Positions 54,446 to 63,944 of a stretch of DNA of 64,000 nucleotides are shown piece after piece. The notes beneath the pieces are model-generated. The model made no database searches. It was not told where the DNA came from and was given only the letters and a program-made list of their open reading frames with translations. The position numbers were made by a program, and so were the translations under genes. Within the stretch, counting starts at the first letter, position 1. Every line of letters starts with the position of its first letter. The DNA is from Candidatus Eiseniibacteriota bacterium (GTDB lineage Bacteria > Eisenbacteria > RBG-16-71-46 > CAZAMP01): positions 3,872,001 through 3,936,000 of the forward strand of contig OZ245046.1 in the NCBI GenBank assembly GCA_965224245.1. The letters are read 5' to 3'.

Positions 54446-54751
54446 TCAGCCTTCGGGCATCGCGCGGAGGTGATCGAAGCTGTAGATCCCGGTCGAGTGC
54501 CCGTCGCTCCAGACGATCTGAATGGCGTAGAGTCCGACCCGGCGGATCTCCACGGGATGGATGTCGTCGGACACCGACGCCGGATCCAGGAGCGGCCGCC
54601 GCGTCATCTCCTCGACGCAGCTCGCGCAGCGGCAGTCGCGTCGGAGCGCCACGTACGAGTGTACGCGGGTCGAGCCGTCCGACCATTCGATGGTCAGGTC
54701 GCGATCCCCGGCCTCGATCGCGACCGCCCGAGCCGTGTCGTCGAGTCCCAT
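54446..54751 (-). CDS. DUF971 / gamma-butyrobetaine hydroxylase N-terminal-like Zn-binding protein
   Basis: IEWSDG, LRRDCRCASC, VG.YAIQI.WSDGHSTGIYSF..LR. Confidence 0.9.
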   Translation of the reverse strand: MGLDDTARAVAIEAGDRDLTIEWSDGSTRVHSYVALRRDCRCASCVEEMTRRPLLDPASVSDDIHPVEIRRVGLYAIQIVWSDGHSTGIYSFDHLRAMPEG

Positions 54752-54827
54752 CCTCACCTCGTGTACCGGACGCCGGCGACCGTGCACCGGCTCCATCGCG
54801 GGACGGGGGCGCCGGCCCGCGGCGGTG

Positions 54828-55379
54828 CTATCGGAGCGGCGTCCTCGAGTCGAGCGACGTGGCCGTGATCGTTCCCGCCTCGTCGACCTTCAGCTGATAC
54901 GGAAAGCGGCGGACGTCGTACTCGCTCAGGAAACGCCGCGCGACGTCGGAGACCACCTCGAACGTGAACCCGTTCTCGTCACGATGCTCGCGCGCCGTCT
55001 CCGGCCCGGCGTACGTGACGCCGAGAAGCGTCCCGGCCGACACCTCGCCGCCGTCGATGAGCGCCTGCCACGCCGCGCCCAGCTCGGTACACGGCCCGCA
55101 CTCGGGATCCAGGAACACCACCGTTCCCGAGTGGCCGGCCAGGCGATCGCGGACGCTCGACGATTCGCCGTCGGCGTCCGAGACGAGCACATCGGGCAGC
55201 CGATCTCCCACCTCGAAGACGGCCGGCGCGGGAGCGGCCCCGACGGCTTGCGGTCCGATCGCGCTCGATCGGACCGCGCGCAGGCGCGTCCCCACGAAGA
55301 CACCGGCCAGACCGACGACGAAGACGGTCAGGCCGAACACTATGTGGCGACCGATGGCCGATCGCATCGTCGAGGTCAT
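54828..55379 (-). CDS. Membrane-anchored TlpA/redoxin-family thiol-disulfide oxidoreductase
   Basis: N-terminal TM, VGDRLPD, CGPC, RRFP (cis-Pro position). Confidence 0.85.
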   Translation of the reverse strand: MTSTMRSAIGRHIVFGLTVFVVGLAGVFVGTRLRAVRSSAIGPQAVGAAPAPAVFEVGDRLPDVLVSDADGESSSVRDRLAGHSGTVVFLDPECGPCTELGAAWQALIDGGEVSAGTLLGVTYAGPETAREHRDENGFTFEVVSDVARRFLSEYDVRRFPYQLKVDEAGTITATSLDSRTPLR

Positions 55380-55484
55380 GATGGCGACCTCCGCCGGCAC
55401 GGGGCGGTCCGCCGCCCCGCGCCCTCATGTGGACCGCATCCGTCGGATGCGGTCACGGTTGGAAATGGAAGTGACCGTCAGGAG

Positions 55485-55706
55485 CTAGCAATCGTACTGC
55501 TGCGTGCATGCGAACTCGTCGCTGACGAAGCACCAGGTCCCCCACGGCGTCGAGCAGCACTCGAGCGGGGTGCCCTCGCACGTGCACATGTAGAAGCAGT
55601 TGCCCCCACCACCGCCCCCGGCGGCGGTGACGGGCGTCGTGTCGTATCCGGCGACGACACCCACCGAGAACACGAGCCCCAGCACGAAACCCATGGTCTT
55701 CCGCAT
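55485..55706 (-). CDS. Small secreted cysteine-rich peptide (73 aa; 8 Cys in a 38-aa core)
   Basis: GGAGG SD; MRKTMGFVLGLVFSVGVVAG signal, Gly6 linker, NCFYMCTCEGTPLECCSTPWGTWCFVSDEFACTQQYDC. Confidence 0.75.
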   Translation of the reverse strand: MRKTMGFVLGLVFSVGVVAGYDTTPVTAAGGGGGGNCFYMCTCEGTPLECCSTPWGTWCFVSDEFACTQQYDC

Positions 55707-55824
55707 GTCCACCTCCATGTGTTGCGGATCGCGCGCGGACGCGCGCTTGTGGAAGAGGGTAGGCACCGCGCCGCCCGGCGCGCAAGAGCCGGCGGGGCAC
55801 GGTGCCCGGGGAGCGATCCAGGAC

Positions 55825-56145
55825 CTACGGCTTCTCGTGGGGGCCGCTGATCGGCTCCTCGATGACGATGACGGGATCCAGCATCACGCTCGGATCCGCC
55901 TCGGCGTACACCGTGTACTTGAAGGACCCCACGGTGCTCGGCAGTGGCTGCTGCGGCGTCGTGGCCGTCTCGTAGTCGAGCTCGGACTCGGTGAACGGAC
56001 TGCCCTCGGGCGCCTCGAACGCGATCGTGAAGCGAGCACTGCTGCCGGAGGCCCACACGACCTCCTCCTCGTTCGTGATCGTCAGCACCATGGGCGCCAC
56101 CTGGATGCTCTCCTGTCCGACGGTCACCGTGATCGTGTTCGCCAT
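55825..56145 (-). CDS. Small beta-sandwich protein ending FKYTV...LDPVIVIEEP (DP-EP/cupredoxin-like)
   Basis: GAAGGAG SD, alternating beta pattern, C-terminal DPxIxxxEP motif. Confidence 0.65.
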   Translation of the reverse strand: MANTITVTVGQESIQVAPMVLTITNEEEVVWASGSSARFTIAFEAPEGSPFTESELDYETATTPQQPLPSTVGSFKYTVYAEADPSVMLDPVIVIEEPISGPHEKP

Positions 56146-56229
56146 GTCGTCTCCTTCGTCACCGCCCGTCTCAGACGGTCGTGACGGGCGTCGTTCCGGC
56201 TCCGGCCGCGGAGTCGGCGATCCGTGGGC

Positions 56230-58866
56230 TCAGCCGCCGGCGAGCGGCGCATCACCGGCCGGCTCTCCGGAAGCCCCGTGCACCAGCGCGTCGAACCGGG
56301 GCTCTCCGCGCCAGTCGTCGAAGACCACCGAGTCCCTGAGCCACGAGGCCGGGTATCCGCCGCCGACGGCCCGTTCGATCCAGTCGAGCGCGACCCGGCG
56401 CTCTCCCAGTTGCCAGAACGTCAGCGCGGCACCGAACTGAACGCTCGGATTCTCGGCACCGCGGACGAGCGCTCGCGAGATGCACGCTCGTGCACTGTCG
56501 GGAAGACCCACCTTCGGATACAGCACGGCCAGGTTCGACAGCACGTCCAGATGGTACGGGCGGCGGGTGAGCTCGTCGCGGCCCAGCCGCACGGCTTGCT
56601 CGTAGGCCTCCCGGGCCAGGGAGCGCTTGTCCGGATGCCAGAAGTAGGCGTCACCCAGGTTGAGCCAGAACTCGTACTCGGCGAACCCGGTCTGGATGGC
56701 GGTCTGGTAGGTGTCGATCGCCGCATCGAAGTCTCGCAGCGCGAAGTGCGCGGTCGCGAGGTTCGAGAACGCGGTCTCGGTGGGATGGAGCGCGATCGAT
56801 CGCGCAAGGGCGGCCGTCGCGTCACGGTAGTGGCCCTCCAGGACGTCGATCGCCCCCAGATTGCTGAACGAGAGGTAGTAGTCGGGCGCACACTCGGCCA
56901 TCGACGCGAACGCCGCGCGAGCATCGGTGAAGCGTCCCTGCCGGTACAGAAACGAGCCGAGCCACCAGTAGGGTCGCCAGTAGTGGGGTCGGTCGGAGAT
57001 GGCGCGGAGATACGTCGCCTCCTCCCCGGCGGCATCACCGGCCCGACCGTGGAGGCGCGCCAGCTCGTGAACGGCGTCGTCATCGGTGGGATCCAGCGCG
57101 GCGGCTCGGGTCAACGACGCCGTGGCCCGGGCACGATCGCCACGCGTCTCGTACACGAAGGCCGCGGTCCGGAACGCCGCGGCCCGGGTCGAGTCGAGCG
57201 AGATCGCACGGTCGCACGCCTCGAGGGCCCGGTCGAGCAGGGACTCGGCCGGCTCGGCGCCGTACAGCTTGAAGTAGGCGCGCGCCGCCGCCGCGTGGGG
57301 CGAGGCCAGGCTCGGATCGGTTCGCATCGCGAGGTCGAACTCCTCGAGCGCCGCGCGCCACGCCGTGGCGTCGGGCTGATGCAGTCGGCCGAGACCGCGC
57401 AGGTAGAATCGGAGCGTCCCCGCTCCCCAGTCCGACACACCGAACGTCTCGACGCCGCGGCCGGCCGCCGAGAGCCCCAGCACACCGTCCGACGCGGCGA
57501 CGATCGCGTCCAGGAGCCCGGCGGGACTCGAGATCGGCACCCGGAACGCCGCGCGCCGGTGCGGCTCGTCGGTCCCGGCCGCCTCCAGCGTCACCGATCC
57601 GACGTATTCCCGCTCATCGACCGCCAGGTCGGTCTCGAGGATCAGGTTCACGCCGAGCACCTCGTGTCCCGACTCGATTCCATCAACGTGATCGTCGAGC
57701 ACGTCGGAGAGATCGGCCACCTGCAGAACGTTCGACGACGTCCGACGCGCGAGCACGGTGGTCAGCGCGTCGGTGAGGCCCATCGCAAACGCCTCGCCGT
57801 CGGCATCGACGTCCGTGGTCCGGATCGGGAGCACGGCGACGTGGGCGTGCTCGGGCAGAGTCCCACCGGACGCCCCCAGTCGTGGTGATCGGAGCCGTGC
57901 GAGCCACACCGCGGCGATCAGGACGAGCGTGACCGACACCACGACGGCGCCCTTGCGGCGCGGCCCGCGCCGTGGCGATCGCGGGCGTGATCCACCACGC
58001 TCGCCGATGGCGGCGGCCGACTCCAACCGCGGGGCGACGTCCTGCGCGTGCTCGGGTCGATCCTGCACGTCCTTGGCCAGCATGTCGCCCACCAGCTCGG
58101 CCAGCTCTGCGGGGAGGTCGGGCCGCAGGCGGCCAAGCGGCTCCGCGTCGACGTGAAGCACGTTGGCGAGGGTCGTGCCGATGGTCTCCCCGCGAAACGG
58201 ATGGGCGCCGGCCAGCCACTCGTAGAACACCACGCCCAGCGAGAAGATGTCCGCGCGCGCGCTCGGCTCGTGTCCGCGGATGGTCTCGGGGGCCATGTAG
58301 GCGGGTGTGCCGAGCAGTGCGTCGCCGGCCGCGGTCTCGAGCGTCGCCGTGGCGTCACCCGAGGTCGTCATGCGCCGGGCGATCCCGAAGTCGAGGATCT
58401 TCACCTGCCCCGCGCGGGTGATCATCACGTTCTCGGGCTTGATGTCGCGATGGATGACTCCCTCGCGGTGAGCGACCGCGAGTGCATCCACGCACTGCAT
58501 CGCCACCGGCAGGAACTCCGCGAGCGCGGGCGGCGTCGCCATCCGGTCGCGGAGCGTCGTGCCGTCCACGTACTCCATCACGATCACGAACTCGCCGTCG
58601 TGCTCGAAGACGTCGAAGATGGATGCGATGCGCGGGTCCTGGAGCGCTCCTGCGCGACGGGCCTCGCGGAGCAGCCGCCGGCGAGACGACGCATCGGACA
58701 TGCGCTCCGGGGCGACGCGCTTCAGCGCGACCTTGCGATCGAGCAGAGTGTCGGTGGCGGCGTAGACGACGCCCATTCCCCCGGTGCCGATTCGCTCCAG
58801 GAGCCGGAAACGATCGGCGAGCACCTCCTGGGTCTCGGCTGGATCGGTGGGGCCGGTACCGTCCAT
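56230..58866 (-). CDS. Ser/Thr kinase with TM, TolB-N-like and TPR domains
   Basis: GTGGMG, VALK, HRDIKPEN, DFG, TM segment, VAVLP, TPRs, C-terminal LRDS..F..W...PRF. Confidence 0.92.
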   Translation of the reverse strand: MDGTGPTDPAETQEVLADRFRLLERIGTGGMGVVYAATDTLLDRKVALKRVAPERMSDASSRRRLLREARRAGALQDPRIASIFDVFEHDGEFVIVMEYVDGTTLRDRMATPPALAEFLPVAMQCVDALAVAHREGVIHRDIKPENVMITRAGQVKILDFGIARRMTTSGDATATLETAAGDALLGTPAYMAPETIRGHEPSARADIFSLGVVFYEWLAGAHPFRGETIGTTLANVLHVDAEPLGRLRPDLPAELAELVGDMLAKDVQDRPEHAQDVAPRLESAAAIGERGGSRPRSPRRGPRRKGAVVVSVTLVLIAAVWLARLRSPRLGASGGTLPEHAHVAVLPIRTTDVDADGEAFAMGLTDALTTVLARRTSSNVLQVADLSDVLDDHVDGIESGHEVLGVNLILETDLAVDEREYVGSVTLEAAGTDEPHRRAAFRVPISSPAGLLDAIVAASDGVLGLSAAGRGVETFGVSDWGAGTLRFYLRGLGRLHQPDATAWRAALEEFDLAMRTDPSLASPHAAAARAYFKLYGAEPAESLLDRALEACDRAISLDSTRAAAFRTAAFVYETRGDRARATASLTRAAALDPTDDDAVHELARLHGRAGDAAGEEATYLRAISDRPHYWRPYWWLGSFLYRQGRFTDARAAFASMAECAPDYYLSFSNLGAIDVLEGHYRDATAALARSIALHPTETAFSNLATAHFALRDFDAAIDTYQTAIQTGFAEYEFWLNLGDAYFWHPDKRSLAREAYEQAVRLGRDELTRRPYHLDVLSNLAVLYPKVGLPDSARACISRALVRGAENPSVQFGAALTFWQLGERRVALDWIERAVGGGYPASWLRDSVVFDDWRGEPRFDALVHGASGEPAGDAPLAGG

Positions 58867-59073
58867 GTTCCCTCGCCGCTCGCCGTTGCGGGCGTCGTCG
58901 AGTATCGCTCCCCGCGAGTCCCGCCGAGCGGACGACGGGACCGGCGCTGCGTGTACTCGCTCGGCGTCGAGGAGCGACGGGGACCCGGGGCGGGCACGCA
59001 GTCGCGACGACATGATAGCATGCACCTCTCGCGACGATCGGAAGATCGACGCCGCGACACGAGGAGCGCGCGC

Positions 59074-60609
59074 ATGCTCTCGTCAGCCGACGGACGACGC
59101 ATCCTGAATCCGCGCCCCCCCGAGCCCCCGGGGCTCCCGCCGGATCTCCTCCTCCGCGCCCGCCAGCGCATTCGCCTGACCGCCCTCCTCGCCGCCGGCG
59201 CGTTCGCGCTGTCGCTCGCCGTCGATCTCGTGTCACGGACACGGGCCCTGTCGGGCGCGCCGGCGTCGTCCGGCTCCGGCGCGGCCGCATCGGTGATCGT
59301 CGACGCGGGCGGCGTCGCGGTCGCGCTGGCCCTGTTCATGATCGGGCGGCACCCGCGCGTGGGCTTCACCGCCGTGCTGCGCTCGGCGCTCATCACCGAG
59401 GTACTCGTGTGCGCGGCGATCGCGGCCGAGACGGCCTTCGTCCCCGTTCAGGGCGGCCTCGGCGCCCCGACCGTGAGCTGGGTCACGCCGATCATCATCG
59501 CGCTGCCCCTGATCGTCCCGGCTCCGCCGCGCGCCGCGCTCGTCTCCTCGGTTGCGGCGGCGCTCACCGTTCCGATCGCGGTGCTCGCGGCGGGGGGACC
59601 CTTGGTGGAGGCGCTGCGCGCGTCGGTCAGTCCCGTCATCGCCGTCGGCATCGCGTTCGTCGGCGCACGCGTCGTGTACCGCATCGGGCTCGACGTCGCC
59701 CGCGCCAGCCACGTCGGAAGCTACCGGCTCGACGAGCCGCTCGGACGAGGGGGCATGGGTGAGGTGTGGTCCGGAACGCACCGACTCCTGGCCAGGCCCG
59801 CGGCCATCAAGCTGATCCGACCCGAGGCGCTGGCGCCGAGCTACGGGGAGAGTGCCGAGCGCGTCGTCGCGCGCTTCGAGCGCGAGGCTCGTGCGACGGC
59901 CCGGCTCCGGTCGCCTCACACGGTCCAGCTGTACGACTTCGGGGTGACCGACGATGGATGCTTCTATCTCGTGATGGAGCTTCTCGACGGCATCGACCTT
60001 CAGACGCTCGTGCGCACCTCGGGTCCTCTCGCGCCGGCGCGCGTGGCGCACATCGTGTCGCAGACGTGCGATTCCCTCGGTGAAGCTCATGCGCTGGGGC
60101 TCGTTCACCGGGACGTGAAGCCCGCGAACGTTCTTCTGTGTCGACAGGCAAACCGCTACGACGTGGTGAAGGTGCTCGACTTCGGCCTCGTGCTCGACGC
60201 ACGAGAGGGAGATCGATCGGCGTCGTTCCGCACCGCGGAGAACGTCGTGTGCGGCACTCCGGCCTACATGTCGCCCGAGCAGATCGGCGGCGATCGTCGT
60301 GTCGACGGCCGGTCCGATCTGTACGCGCTCGGCTGCGTCGCGTACTGGCTGCTCACCGGTCATGTCGTGTTCGAGGCCGCTCCCGCCGCGCGGGCCATGA
60401 TGCATCACGTGGAGAGCGTGCCGGCGCCGCCATCCTCACGGACGACCACGCCGATCCCGCCCTCGCTGGAATCGCTGGTGATGGACTGCCTGGCCAAGGA
60501 TCCGGATCGGCGTCCCCCGGACGCCGCGTCGATCCGACGCCGGCTCTCCGAGGCGCGCGACATCCCCTCCTGGTTGCCGTCGGATGCGGAGAGCTGCTGG
60601 TCGGTGTGA
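59074..60609 (+). CDS. Membrane Ser/Thr kinase (N-terminal multi-TM sensor)
   Basis: Multiple TMs, then GRGGMG, AAIK, HRDVKPAN, DFG, GTPAYMSPE. Confidence 0.9.
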   Translation: MLSSADGRRILNPRPPEPPGLPPDLLLRARQRIRLTALLAAGAFALSLAVDLVSRTRALSGAPASSGSGAAASVIVDAGGVAVALALFMIGRHPRVGFTAVLRSALITEVLVCAAIAAETAFVPVQGGLGAPTVSWVTPIIIALPLIVPAPPRAALVSSVAAALTVPIAVLAAGGPLVEALRASVSPVIAVGIAFVGARVVYRIGLDVARASHVGSYRLDEPLGRGGMGEVWSGTHRLLARPAAIKLIRPEALAPSYGESAERVVARFEREARATARLRSPHTVQLYDFGVTDDGCFYLVMELLDGIDLQTLVRTSGPLAPARVAHIVSQTCDSLGEAHALGLVHRDVKPANVLLCRQANRYDVVKVLDFGLVLDAREGDRSASFRTAENVVCGTPAYMSPEQIGGDRRVDGRSDLYALGCVAYWLLTGHVVFEAAPAARAMMHHVESVPAPPSSRTTTPIPPSLESLVMDCLAKDPDRRPPDAASIRRRLSEARDIPSWLPSDAESCWSV

Positions 60610-60721
60610 CGGTCGCCCACCCGCGCGACGCGGTTCGTCCTCCTGGCGCCACGCGCCCACCCCTTTCGTCGTTCGCTCGGGCCACCGCGGTCGTTCTGAG
60701 ATCGGCCACGAGGAGGATCTC

Positions 60722-61576
60722 ATGACGACTCTCAGATGGATGGTCACGTCCGCGGCGATCGCGGCGGTGGTGACTGGGTGCGCGACGACGTCCTCGGTGT
60801 CCCGCCCGAAGCGACCGTCCCTGACCGAGGCCACCGAGGAGGCGAAGAAGCCGGCGGGGCGACAGAAGCCCATCGTCGTGAACGAGGATGAGGAGGACGA
60901 GGATGAGCCGGACGTCGTCGTCGTCCACGTGCACGAGGGGCACGACCCCGGGAACTCGATGGACTCCCCGGACGGCGATGGCGACACGCGAGCGGCCTCG
61001 GGCGGCGCCGCGATCCAGTCCGAGGAGTCCACGTCACTCGGCTACGCGTCGGCGACGCTCGGCTTCGACACGCAGGGCGGTCCCCAGCTCCACGGGGTGC
61101 TCCTCGGTGGAGCCGAGGCCGGAATCCGGGGCCGGCGCTACCGGGCCGGGCTCGGCGTTCGGATCGGCCGTCCGGACGTCGTGCCCGGGAGCGCCATCGC
61201 CCGCGCCACGACCCGCGTCGGAGAGCTTCTGCTGGACGGGTGCGTGCGGGGCTATCTGACCCACGATCACACGTTCATGGGCGTCTACGGCCTGGCGGGT
61301 GCTCGGGTCGGCCTCGTGACCTGGACCTACGCCAACCCGGTCACGGTGATCGAGGGCGACGAGAGGACCACGGTCACCACGGACGCGCTTCTGACCGTCC
61401 AGCCTTACGTCGGACTGGGCCTCTCGATCGCCCAGGTGTCCGGCGTCCACATCGGGGGAAACGTGTCGACCGGGGTCAAGCTCTACTCTGACGAGACGAT
61501 CGAACGCTTCCAGAACGACCTCTTCTCCCCCGTCGGGTTCGTCAGCACCGGCCTCGAGATCTCCTACCTCTTCTGA
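60722..61576 (+). CDS. Lipoprotein-signal protein with C-terminal outer-membrane barrel-like domain
   Basis: VVTGC lipobox-like, acidic linker, amphipathic strands, terminal LEISYLF. Confidence 0.65.
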   Translation: MTTLRWMVTSAAIAAVVTGCATTSSVSRPKRPSLTEATEEAKKPAGRQKPIVVNEDEEDEDEPDVVVVHVHEGHDPGNSMDSPDGDGDTRAASGGAAIQSEESTSLGYASATLGFDTQGGPQLHGVLLGGAEAGIRGRRYRAGLGVRIGRPDVVPGSAIARATTRVGELLLDGCVRGYLTHDHTFMGVYGLAGARVGLVTWTYANPVTVIEGDERTTVTTDALLTVQPYVGLGLSIAQVSGVHIGGNVSTGVKLYSDETIERFQNDLFSPVGFVSTGLEISYLF

Positions 61577-61753
61577 GCGCCCGAGCCGATGCCCGGTCCT
61601 GCGCGCGCGTGACCCCGCGCCTGGCCGGGCGTCCTGTCGCCGGGGTCTCCCACGAGAGACTCCGTTCGCCGGGCGGGGCTCCCGTCGTTCTGAGATCGAT
61701 CCGCGACGGGACTCCCCCGGCGCGCGAGGTCCACGTTCAACGAGGAGTCGAAC

Positions 61754-62437
61754 ATGTCCAGGACACGACGGACTTCGATCGCATCGACGCTCGCCGTCGC
61801 GCTCGTGGCCGCGCTGGCCGGCGTGGCGCACACCGAGGTCGGCCCGGCCGCGGTCAAGCACGAGGTCGGGCTCGGCGGTGCCACGCTGCACGGGTTCGAG
61901 AAGGACGTATTCAACGTACCCGACGACGACGGCATCCCGGGCGGCAACGCGTTCTTCCTCACGTACTACCAGAACCTCGACGACCAGCTCGCCGTGGGAG
62001 CTCACGTGATCGGGAACGAGGCCACGCTGGACGACTACGTCATGTTCGACGGTATGTCCAGCCAGCCGGTCGAGCTCGACTTCACCAGCACCACGGTCGG
62101 AGCACGCGTGCGCTACTCCCTGATGCCGGGTGCGACGATCCGTCCCTACGGGATCCTCGGTGCGAGCCTCGAGACCGGCAACATGGAGAACGACGCCCTC
62201 GGGAGCCTGTCGTACACCGGACTCAGCGGGTCCGGTGGGATCGGCGCGCTTCTGCGTCTCGGCCGTCAGCTCGCGATCGGAGCCGAGGCACTGGGGACGC
62301 TGGGCTTCGCGAGCTGGAGCGAGAAGCCGGCGACGAACTCGCGGGACTCGGGGTTCGACCCGTCCAGCATCGGCGGTTACTTCTACCTGTCGTTCGGATG
62401 GGGTAGCCCGTCCGGCGGCGAGGACGAGCCGAGCTGA
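61754..62437 (+). CDS. Outer-membrane beta-barrel protein (small OmpA-type barrel-like)
   Basis: Signal peptide, GARVRY, IRPYG..G, GGYFYLSFGW. Confidence 0.7.
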   Translation: MSRTRRTSIASTLAVALVAALAGVAHTEVGPAAVKHEVGLGGATLHGFEKDVFNVPDDDGIPGGNAFFLTYYQNLDDQLAVGAHVIGNEATLDDYVMFDGMSSQPVELDFTSTTVGARVRYSLMPGATIRPYGILGASLETGNMENDALGSLSYTGLSGSGGIGALLRLGRQLAIGAEALGTLGFASWSEKPATNSRDSGFDPSSIGGYFYLSFGWGSPSGGEDEPS

Positions 62438-62541
62438 ACCTCCGGGCTCAGGGGAACGATCCGTTGAATCGAACGAGCGTGGTAGCATCAGCCGTCGAAC
62501 CGACGCGCGCCTCCGTGCGCGCGTCCACCCGGAGCGCGCAC

Positions 62542-63144
62542 ATGATGGGATCCCCATCGGGTCCGTCGGATCGGGCCGCCGCCAGCGACACGACGATGCT
62601 CCTCCGCCGCGCACAGGCGGGCGACGATCACGCGCTCGAGCACCTGATCCGACATCTGGGTCCGCGCCTCTCGCGCTGGGCGAGCGGACGGCTTCCCGAT
62701 CACGCGCGCGACCTGGTGGAGACGAGCGACCTGGTCCAGGAGGCGCTGGTCAACAGCGTCCGGCGAATCCCGACGTTCGCGCCGGCCAGAAGCCGGGCGT
62801 TCTTCGGGTACCTCCGCCAGGCCGTGCTCAATCGCATGCGAGACGAGCTACGGCGCGTCGGCCGACAGGGCGATCGGGATCCGATGCCGGACGACGTGAT
62901 GACCGCCGGCCCATCTCCACTCGAGGACTTGCTGGGGCGCGAGGTCCTCGACCGCTACGACAGCGCACTGGCCCGGCTGCGCGTCGAGGAGCGAGAGGCG
63001 ATCGTCGCACGCGTCGAGCTCGGGCTGGAGTTCGCCGACGTCGCCGGCATGCTGGGGAAGGCGTCACCCGATGCGGCGCGGATGGTCGTGAACCGAGCGA
63101 TGATCAAGCTGGCGAAGGAGATGTCACGCGATGCCGACCGATGA
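62542..63144 (+). CDS. ECF sigma factor (kinase-associated type)
   Basis: LLRRAQAGD..ALE.L, RWASGRLP..ARD..ETSDLVQE, NRMRDE, REAIVARVELG, PDAARM.V.RA. Confidence 0.9.
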   Translation: MMGSPSGPSDRAAASDTTMLLRRAQAGDDHALEHLIRHLGPRLSRWASGRLPDHARDLVETSDLVQEALVNSVRRIPTFAPARSRAFFGYLRQAVLNRMRDELRRVGRQGDRDPMPDDVMTAGPSPLEDLLGREVLDRYDSALARLRVEEREAIVARVELGLEFADVAGMLGKASPDAARMVVNRAMIKLAKEMSRDADR

Positions 63145-63940
63145 TCATCTGCTGCGCCTGGCGAACGACGTCTCGCTGGGGCGCACGCCTGACTGGGACG
63201 CCGAGCGAGATCGGACCCGGGATGCCCCCGAACGCCGGGTGGTGGACGCCCTGGCCACCATCGCCCGGATCGCGGGCGCGGCCCGGAGCACGACACGGGC
63301 CGACACGATCGCGTTCGACGGACACCTCCTCCCGGAGATGTCGTACTGGGGCTCTTACCTCGTGGTGAGCCGGGTACGGCGCGATCCGCTCGGTGACGTC
63401 TATCTCGCCGTCGACCGCGCGCGGCGCCGGGACGTCGCGCTCCGGCTCGTGGATCGGAGCCATCCGGACGTCGCCGCCATCCGGGCTCGGGCCGAGACCT
63501 GGCTCGGGGCGGGACACGAAAACGTGGTGGGCGTGATCGCGGTCGAGTCTCACGACGATCGCATCGGGATCGTCACCGAGTACCTGTCGGGTCGGACGCT
63601 CGCCTCGATGCTCGACCGGTCCGTGCGAGAGAGCCTCCCGGCCGCGTCCGCGGATGACGTGCAGCACGCGCTCCGGAGCGCCATCGCCTTTGCCCGCGAG
63701 ACCGGGCGGGAGATCGGAGTCCCCGGCACCGATGACGTGTGGATCGAGCCGGACGGACGCGTCGTCGTCACGTGCGTGCTGGGTGCGCCGGCCGACGGCG
63801 TGACCGGGTCGCGGGTCGTCGATGACGCCGTGCGGCGGCTGACGTCCCGGGTTGGAGGGGGTACACCGGTGACCGGGCGCGGTCACGGCGCGCTCGCGCG
63901 CGTGCGTCGATGGATCGGACGGCGCCCTGGGCGGGCGTGA
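63131..63940 (+). CDS. Truncated Ser/Thr pseudokinase following the ECF sigma factor
   Basis: Kinase N-lobe scaffold (GDVYLAVD...RDVALR, HENVV, EYLSGRTL) without GxGxxG, catalytic Lys, HRD or DFG. Confidence 0.7.
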   Translation: MPTDDHLLRLANDVSLGRTPDWDAERDRTRDAPERRVVDALATIARIAGAARSTTRADTIAFDGHLLPEMSYWGSYLVVSRVRRDPLGDVYLAVDRARRRDVALRLVDRSHPDVAAIRARAETWLGAGHENVVGVIAVESHDDRIGIVTEYLSGRTLASMLDRSVRESLPAASADDVQHALRSAIAFARETGREIGVPGTDDVWIEPDGRVVVTCVLGAPADGVTGSRVVDDAVRRLTSRVGGGTPVTGRGHGALARVRRWIGRRPGRA

Positions 63941-63944
63941 CGGG

